Origin: Eledone cirrhosa
Taxonomy: Eukaryota
Assembly: GCA_964016885.1 (NCBI GenBank)
Contig: OZ024742.1
Span: 24,676,001-24,740,000 of the forward strand
Direction of reading: 5' to 3'
DNA: 64,000 nucleotides
Positions 56,001 to 64,000 of the stretch are shown here, in pieces. The notes below the pieces were generated by a model. The model was not told the origin of the DNA, ran no database searches, and saw only the letters and a list, made by a program, of their open reading frames with translations. The number at the start of each line of letters is the position of its first letter. Positions within the stretch are counted from its first letter, which is position 1. The position numbers and the translations under genes were made by a program.

Positions 56001-59000
56001 TTTGTGAGGAGGACTAGCAACCTATCTACTGAGGAGGGTAGTGTTGTCATTAGTGTATCATCTTATTTGTGAGGATGACTAGCAACCTATCTACTGAGGA
56101 GGGTAGTGTTGTCATTAGTGTATGACCTTATTTGTGAGGAGGACTAACAACCTATCTACTGAGGAGGGTAGTGTTGTCATTAGTGTATCATCTTATTTGT
56201 GAGGAGGACTAGCAACCTATCTACTGAGGAGGGTAGTGTTGTCATTAGTGTATCATCTTATTTGTGAGGAGGACTAGCAACCTATCTACTGAGGAGGGTA
56301 GTGTTGTCATTAGTGTATCATCTTATTTGTGAGGAGGACTAGCAACCTATCTACTTAGGAGGGTAGTGTTGTCATTAGTGTATCATCTTATTTGTGAGGA
56401 GGACTAGCAACCTATCTACTGAGGAGGGTAGTGTTGTCATTAGTGTATCATCTTATTTGTGAGGGGGACTAGCTACCTATCTACTGAGGAGGGTAGTGTT
56501 GTCATTAGTGTATCATCTTACTTGTGAGGAGGACTAGCAACCTATCTACTGAGGAGGGTAGTGTTGTCATTAGTGTATCATCTTATTTGTGAGGAGGACT
56601 AGCAACCTATCTACTGAGGAGGGTAGTGTTGTCATTAGTGTATGACCTTATTTGTGAGGAGGACTAACAACCTATCTACTGAGGAGGGTAGTGTTGTCAT
56701 TAGTGTATCATCTTATTTGTGAGGAGGACTAGCAACCTATCTACTGAGGAGGGTAGTGTTGTCATTAGTGTATGACCTTATTTGTGAGGAGGACTAGCAA
56801 CCTATCTACTGAGGAGGGTAGTGTTGTCATTAGTGTATCATCTTATTTGTGAGGAGGACTAGCAACCTATCTACTGAGGAGGGTAGTGTTGTCATTAGTG
56901 TATGACCTTATTTGTGAGGAGGACTAACAACCTATCTACTGAGGAGGGTAGTGTTGTTTTTAGTGTATGACCTTATTTGTGAGGAGGACTAACAACCTAT
57001 CTACTGAGGAAGGTAGTGTTGTCATTAGTGTATCATCTTATTTGTGAGGAGGACTAACAACCTATCTACTGAGGAGGGTAGTGTTGTCATTAGTGTATCA
57101 TCTTATTTGTGAGGAGGACTAGCAACCTATCTACTGAGGAGGGTAGTATTGTCATTAGTGTATCATCTTATTTGTGAGGGGGACTAGCTACCTATCTACT
57201 TAGGAGGGTAGTGTTGTCATTAGTGTATCATCTTACTTGTGAGGATGATTAGCAACCTATCTACTGAGGAGGGTAGTATTTTCATTAGTGTATCATCTTA
57301 CTTGTGAGGATGATTAGCAACCTATCTACTGAGGAGGGTCGCATTGTCATTAGTGTATCATTTTATTTGTGAGGGGGACTAGCAACCTATCTACTGAGGA
57401 GGGTAGTGTTTTCATTAGTGTATCATCTTATTTGTGAGGAGCACTAGCAACCTGTCTACTTAGGAGGGTAGTGTTGTCATTAGTGTATCATCTTATTTGT
57501 GAGGAGGACTAGCAACCTATCTACTGAGGAGGGTACTGTTGTCATTAGTGTATCATCTTATTTGTGAGGAGGACTAGCAACCTATCTACTAAGGAGGGTA
57601 GTGTTGTCATTAGTGTATCATCTTATTTGTGAGGAGGACTAGCAACCTATCTACTGAGGAGGGTAGTGTTGTCTTTAGTGTATCATATTATTTGTGAGGA
57701 GGACTAGCAACCTATCTACTGAGGAGGGTAGTGTTGTCTTTAGTGTATCATCTTATTTGTGAGGAGGACTAGCAACCTATCTACTGAGGAGGGTAGTGTT
57801 GTCATTAGTGTATCATCTTATTTGTGAGGAGGACTAGTGCACCTATCTACTGAGGAGGGTAGTGTTGTCATTAGTGTATCATCTTATTTGTGAGGAGGAC
57901 TAGCAACCTATCTACTGAGGAGGGTAGTGTTGTCTTTAGTGTATCATATTATTTGTGAGGAGGACTAGCAACCTATCTACTGAGGAGGGTAGTGTTGTCA
58001 TTAGTGTATCATCTTTTTTGTGAGGAAGACTAGCAACCTATCTACTGACGAGGGTAGTGTTGTCATTAGTGTATCATCTTATTTGTGAGGAAGACTAGCA
58101 ACCTATCTACTGACGAGGGTAGTGTTGTCATTAGTGTATCATCTTATTTGTGAGGAGGACTAGCAACCTATCTACTGAGGAGGGTAGTGTTGTCATTAGT
58201 GTATCATCTTATTTGTGAGGAAGACTAGCAACCTATCTACCGAGGAGGGTAGTGTTGTCATTAGTGTATCATCTTATTTGTGAGGAGGACTAGCAACCTT
58301 TCTCCTGAGGAGGGTAGTGTTGTCATTAGTGTATCATCTTTTTTGTGAGAGGGACTAACAACCTATCTACTGAGGAGGGTAGTGTTGTCTTTAGAGTGTC
58401 ATCTTATTTGTGAGGAGGACTAGCAACCTATCTACGTAGGTTGGTAGTGTTGTCCTTAGTGTATCATCTTATTTGTGAGGAGGACTAGCAACCTATCTAC
58501 TGAGGAGGGTAGTGTTGTCATTAGTGTGTCATCTTGTTTGTGAGGAGGACTAGCAACCTATCTACCGAGGAGGGTAGTGTTGTCATTAGTGTATCATCTT
58601 ATTTGTGAGGAGGACTAGCAACATATCTACTGAGGAGGGTAGTGTTGTCATTAGTGTATCATCTTATTTGTGAGGAGGACTAGCAACCTATCTACTGAGG
58701 AGGGTAGTGTTGTCATTAGTGTATCATCTTATTTGTGAGGAGGACTAGCAACCTATCTACTGAGGAGGGTAGTGTTGTCATTAGTGTATCATCTTATTTG
58801 TGAGGAGGACTAGCAACCTATCTACTGAGGAGGGTAGTGTTTTCATTAGTGTATCATATTATTTGTGAGGATGACTAACAACCTATCTACTGAGGAGGGT
58901 AGTGTTGTCATTAGTGTATCATTTTATTTGTGAGGAGGACTAGCAACCTATCTACTGAGGAGGGTAGTGTTGTCATTAGTGTATCATCTTATTTGTGAGG

Positions 59001-61361
59001 GGGACTAGCAACATATCTACTGAGGAGGGTAGTGTTGTCATTAGTGTATCATTTTATTTGTGAGGGGGACTAGCAACCTATCTACTGAGGAGGGTAGTGT
59101 TGTCATTAGTGTATCATCTTATTTGTGAGGAGCACTAGCAACCTGTCTACTTAGGAGGGTAGTGTTGTCATTAGTGTATCATCTTATTTGTGAGGCTGAC
59201 TAGCAACCTATCTACTGAGGAGGGTAGTGTTGTCTTTAGTGTATCATATTATTTGTGAGGAGGACTACCAACCTATCTACTGAGGAGGGTAGTGTTGTCT
59301 TTAGTGTATCATCTTATTTGTGAGGAAGACTAGCAACCTATCTACTGAGGAGGGTAGTGTTGTCATTAGTGTATCATCTTATTTGTGAGGGGGACTAGCA
59401 ACCTATCTACTGAGGAGGGTAGTGTTGTCATTAGTGTATCATCTTATTTGTGAGAAGGGCTAGCAACCTATCTACTGAGGTTGGTAGTGTTGTCATTAGT
59501 GTATCATCTTATGTGTGAGAAGGGCTAGTAACCTATCTACTGAGGAGGGTAGTGTTGTCTTTAGTGTATCATATTATGTGTGAGAAGGACTAGCAACCTA
59601 TCTACTGAGGAGGGTAGTGTTGTCATTAGTGTATCATCTTATTTGTGAGGAGGACTAGCAACCTATCTACTGAGGAGGGTAGTGTTGTCTTTAGTGTATC
59701 ATATTATGTGTGAGAAGGACTAGTAACCTATCTACTGAGGAGGGTAGTGTTGTCTTTAGTGTATCATATTATTTGTGAGGAGGACTAGCAACCTATCTAC
59801 TGAGGAGGGTAGTGTTGTCCTTAGTGTATCATCTTATTTGTGAGGATGACTAGCAACCTATCTACTGAGGAGGGTAGTGTTGTCATTAGTGTATCATCTT
59901 ATTTGTGAGGGGGACTAGCAACCTATCTACTTAGGAGGGTAGTGTTGTCATTAGTGTATCATCTTATTTGTGAGGAAGACTAGCAACCTATCTACTGACG
60001 AGGGTAGTGTTGTCATTAGTGTATCATCTTATTTGTGAGGAGGACTAGCAACCTATCTACTGAGGAGGGTAGTGTTGTCATTAGTGTATCATCTTATTTG
60101 TGAGGAGGACTAGCAACCTATCTACTGAGGAGGGTAGTGTTGTCATTAGTGTATCATCTTATTTGTGAGGAGGACTAGCAACCTATCTACTGACGAGGGT
60201 AGTGTTGTCTTTAGTGTATCATCTTATTTGTGAGGAGGACTAGCAACCTTTCTCCTGAGGAGGGTAGTGTTGTCTTTAGTGTATCATCTTTTTTGTGAGA
60301 GGGACTAACAACCTATCTACTGACGAGGGTAGTGTTGTCATTAGTGTATCATCTTATTTGTGAGGAAGACTAGCAACCTATCTACTGACGAGGGTAGTGT
60401 TGTCATTAGTGTATCATCTTATTTGTGAGGAAGACTAGCAACCTATCTACTGACGAGGGTAGTGTTGTCATTAGTGTATCATCTTATTTGTGAGGAGGAC
60501 TAGCAACCTTTCTCCTGAGGAGGGTAGTGTTGTCATTAGTGTATCATCTTTTTTGTGAGAGGGACTAACAACCTATCTACTGAGGAGGGTAGTGTTGTCT
60601 TTAGTGTGTCATCTTATTTGTGAGGAGGACTAGCAACCTATCTACTTAGGAGGGTAGTGTTGTCATTAGTGTATCATCTTATTTGTGAGGAGGACTAGCA
60701 ACCTATCTACTGAGGAGGGTAGTGTTGTCATTAGTGTATTATCTTATTTGTGAGGAGGACTAGCAACCTATCTACTGAGGTTGGTAGTGTTGTCATTGGT
60801 GTATCATCTTATTTGTGAGAAGGGCTAGCAACCTATCTACGGAGGTTGGTAGTGTGGTCATTAGTGTATCATCTTATTTGTGAGGAGGACTAGCAACCTA
60901 TCTACTGAGGAGGGTAGTGTTGTCCTTAGTGTATCATATTATTTGTGAGGAGGACTAGCAACCTATCTACTGAGGAGGGTAGTGTTGTCATTAGTGTATC
61001 ATCTTATTTGTGAGGAGGACTAGCAACCTATCTACTGAGGAGGGTAGTGTTGTCCTTAGTGTATCATATTATTTGTGAGGAGGACTAGCAACCTATCTAC
61101 TGAGGAGGGTAGTGTTGTCATTAGTGTATCATCTTATTTGTGAGGAGGACTAGCAACCTATCTACTGAGGAGGGTAGTGTTGTCATTAGTGTATCATCTT
61201 ATTTGTGAGGATGACTAGCAACCTATCTACTGAGGTTGGTAGTGTTGTCATTAGTGTATCATCTTATTTGTGAGAAGGGCTAGCAACCTATCTACGGAGG
61301 TTGGTAGTGTGGTCATTAGTGTATCATCTTATTTGTGAGGATGACTAGCAACCTATCTACT
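41067..61361. repeat. Tandem satellite, 65-bp monomer (gaggaggactagcaacctatctactgaggagggtagtgttgtcattagtgtatcatcttatttgt), ~312 copies
   Basis: Strict 65-bp period over ~20.3 kb; point variants recur in ordered blocks; diverged monomers extend left to ~40940; the track shows no ORF here. Confidence 0.99.
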
Positions 61362-61591
61362 TCTATCTATCTCTGGGATGGACACACGCGTATAACTTGC
61401 TGAGTAAGTTCTGTTTAAATTTCTATAGAAATTCTTGTCTGATAACTTTAATTTTTGTACCACTTTGTAGAGGGACTGCCAGGTCAAACTTTGATCTGGT
61501 CAGTCTCTCAAAATATTCTACGCCTTTAGGCGAAATAGTTAAACAAAAAAAAAATAAGTTTTTTCTTGTTGAAAAGTCAATATTTTTTTAA

Positions 61592-63386
61592 ATGGCCGAA
61601 GCTTCTTCACCAAAATTCGAAGGAGGAAAGGGGAAGATGAACTTACAGCTTCCCCCTGCCACTGTCACAGTAGCAGAGGTCAAGAAGAAAGGTCAGCCAG
61701 AGGAAGAATTCTCTCCACCTGTTAACTGACAACTTGACGTTGCCATGGCAACAACCCAAAGAACCAGCAGCAACAGCAACAACAACAACAATGCGACGGA
61801 CGAAAACAACACCAATAACAATAACAATAACAACAACAACAAGACCAATAACGGTGACAACAACAACAATGATAACAACAACACCACCAACGACAACAAC
61901 AACACAAACAAACAAAATTTCTCCTTCGCCGAGACGACAAGGAAAACCCTCGACTATCTGCCAGTAGATATAACAAAAGCGAAGGAGCTACTGGCGGATG
62001 CGAAAAAATATATAGTGTACGGGGAAAATGGTTCATTCACAATCCATTCCCCCCCCGGAACTAAAAAGCCAGAGACTCCTAAACACGGTCATGTTTAGGA
62101 CAATCTCGAACAAAAGTAAAAAACCAGCTCAACCATCACAGAGCGAGATAGAGCTGGTTTTAAAAGACGTCATGAAGGACATCACCTTCATTCAGAAGGA
62201 TAGACTCTACGGGAGTCTATCCATTCTCATGAAGGACAGGGACACAGCAGTGAAACTGTTCATCAAACCAATCACATCCACCGCATACACCTTCTACCCT
62301 ACGTACATGGGTAGAAGAACACAAAAAATAAAAATCCACACCATCCTGCCGATTATGGACACATGGTGGGTTTTGACAGGTTTTCTGGACCTGGAGGATG
62401 ACATGCTGGTGTCCATGGGAAAGGCATCGGGTGACGCGTTCAGTGGAATGAGCCTCGAACTTGTAGTTCAAATGAGGCCCGAAAGGATCGCCCAGATCCC
62501 TGAACGCGTCATACTGGATGATCTAACCTTTATCAACATTACCGTTGAGGGTAGACGGCCCTCGTGTTACCTCTGCGGAACCAGAGGTCACCTGAGGGCT
62601 GTCTGTCCCCAACTTAATAAGAAAACCCCAATCCTGCCTACACCACCAACAACTGCACAACCAACACAATCACCACAACTACCACTACAAAAACAACCAC
62701 CACAGCTCAAACCAAAACAAAACAATGTCCAACCCATCCCCTCCACTCAAAAAACAAAAACAATTTCCAAAACACCCGTACCGCAAACACAACCCGAAAA
62801 TATACCCCTCCCCTCCAACGCGGAAGATGACCCTAGTTCGTCGTCAGACGAGGAGGAGCACTTCCACACAATCAAAAGAAAAAAAAGAAAACACACCTCA
62901 GACACACAAATGAAAAAAAACCCTCCCCAAAACATAACACTGACACCAACACAAAAGAGCTCACAACAACAGCAAACAAAAAACACCACACAAAAACAAA
63001 AACATGCATACACATACATAAATACAAGAAACAAAAAACTGTTAAACATTGTGTACAACAACAATCTAATAAAAACACAAGGGCCTAACTTCACCCAGGC
63101 AGGGGATTTCCCCCACCTCAAAATGATTAAGGCCCCACAGGACACCTATAAAACTTTAAAAAACAATTTTAAAGAGGACGTGGGTCCCCCCTGCGTCGGG
63201 CCCATTAACCGCGTCCTCCTAAAAAACTATCCCACCCCCTCCCCAAACACCCACACAACTCCAAGCTCCCTAACCACACAACACACTGATGCCCCCACAC
63301 TTCCACAAACCACCACCCCACCCAACAACCCATCCCCCACCATAATGGAAATTGTGCAGCCCGATACCCGGGATGCAGAGAGGTAA
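61592..63386 (+). pseudogene. LINE ORF1 (gag-like, single CCHC zinc knuckle), disrupted
   Basis: ATG 61592 (MAEASSPKF...) is in frame with ORF 61745-62098 across one TGA; apparent frameshift at the C-run ~62049-62057 into ORF 62028-63386, which contains CYLCGTRGHLRAVC. Confidence 0.8.
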
Positions 63387-63410
63387 GTGCCTTTTCTCTT
63401 CACCACCAAC

Positions 63411-64000
63411 ATGGCTATGCTAAGAGTAGGCTGTTTAAATGCGCGTGGCCTGGGCTCAACTTGGAAGCAAGCAATGCTTCTAAATGACCTCAGGTCACAA
63501 CGTATAGATGTGATGGTTATTTGCGAGGCCCGGATCAGCAACGTGCGACAGCTGGCCCCCACCTTTGATGACTTTGAGATGCACGCATCTCTCTGTCAGT
63601 CCGGAGGTGGGGGTGGAGTTGTTGTTCTGCTGCAAAAACATCTGGGTCTCGCAACACAGATGGTACATTTGGACCCGGAGGGTCGACTAGTGGTTCTGGA
63701 CCTTGGCAGTGGTAAAGGCGGAGCGTTTAGGTTGGTAGCCGCCTACGGCCCTTTCGGGTCAATGCGGCCGGACTTCTTCCATCGTCTGGAGACTTTTCTA
63801 GGGACGTCCCGCTCCTTGCTATTAGTGGGGGACTGGAATGGTATCCTAGATGCACGCTGGGACTACGTAGGGGCCTGCCCCGATAGAGAGGGGTGTAATA
63901 GCCTCAAAGGGTTAATCGGTCGATTTGACCTGGTCGATAGATATCGACTAGATTTTCCGACTGCGCCAACCTGGACTTGGGCAAATCGTAGCGGATCATC
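63411..64000 (+). CDS. LINE ORF2 N-terminal APE-like endonuclease (partial; open to the window end)
   Basis: Manual translation MAMLRVGCLNARGL...DVMVICEARI...GGVVVLL...DPEGRLVVLD...AAYGP...LLLVGDWNGILD...DLVDRYR...TWTW, with no stop seen; absent from the ORF track because it lacks a stop in the window. Confidence 0.9.
   Translation, partial: MAMLRVGCLNARGLGSTWKQAMLLNDLRSQRIDVMVICEARISNVRQLAPTFDDFEMHASLCQSGGGGGVVVLLQKHLGLATQMVHLDPEGRLVVLDLGSGKGGAFRLVAAYGPFGSMRPDFFHRLETFLGTSRSLLLVGDWNGILDARWDYVGACPDREGCNSLKGLIGRFDLVDRYRLDFPTAPTWTWANRSGS

Larger units (their letters stand above)
61362..64000 (+). mobile_element. L1/Tx1-clade LINE, 5' portion (runs off the window)
   Basis: 5' UTR, ORF1 with CCHC knuckle, 24-nt spacer, ORF2 APE endonuclease. 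Confidence 0.92.

Noticed and set aside
41067-61361. CRISPR array
   Set aside because: Monomers are contiguous with no unique spacers; there are no cas genes and the context is eukaryotic.
41067-61361. Hammerhead-encoding satellite (each monomer has CTGAGGA, with a CTGACGA variant)
   Set aside because: There is no GAAA core in the monomer and no stem II/III arrangement; CUGANGA alone is insufficient.
41067-61361. Repetitive protein-coding exon
   Set aside because: 65 is not a multiple of 3, stop codons recur in every monomer, and the ORF track is empty here.
61643-62036. Cys-rich and Val/Leu-rich minus-strand ORFs
   Set aside because: Antisense readings of the (AAC)n low-complexity tract within LINE ORF1.

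Overview
AT-rich, microsatellite-dense eukaryotic DNA, most likely cephalopod (octopus-like; inferred from the SINE/RTE repertoire, not proven). No host protein-coding exon could be supported. Bases 1-41,000 are a patchwork of retroelements: two related RTE-clade LINE copies with a PHD-like finger inside the RT, many RTE 3' tails, two tRNA-derived SINE families, an L1/Tx1 3' fragment, a CRE-like endonuclease remnant, MITE-like foldbacks and micro/minisatellites. Two ribozyme-bearing elements stand out. (i) A Penelope-like element at ~3940-7316 has a GIY-YIG endonuclease frame missed by the ORF track, between ~1.25-kb inverted repeats that each end in a type I hammerhead motif (core intact in one arm, mutated in the other). 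(ii) A ~350-bp LTR-like unit at ~30167-30521 carries a near-canonical minimal hammerhead. Bases ~41,067-61,361 are a ~20-kb tandem satellite of a 65-bp imperfectly palindromic monomer with kb-scale internal duplications. The window ends in the 5' half (ORF1 with CCHC knuckle, ORF2 APE endonuclease) of an L1/Tx1-clade LINE. All calls were made by eye; no searches or folding programs were run.
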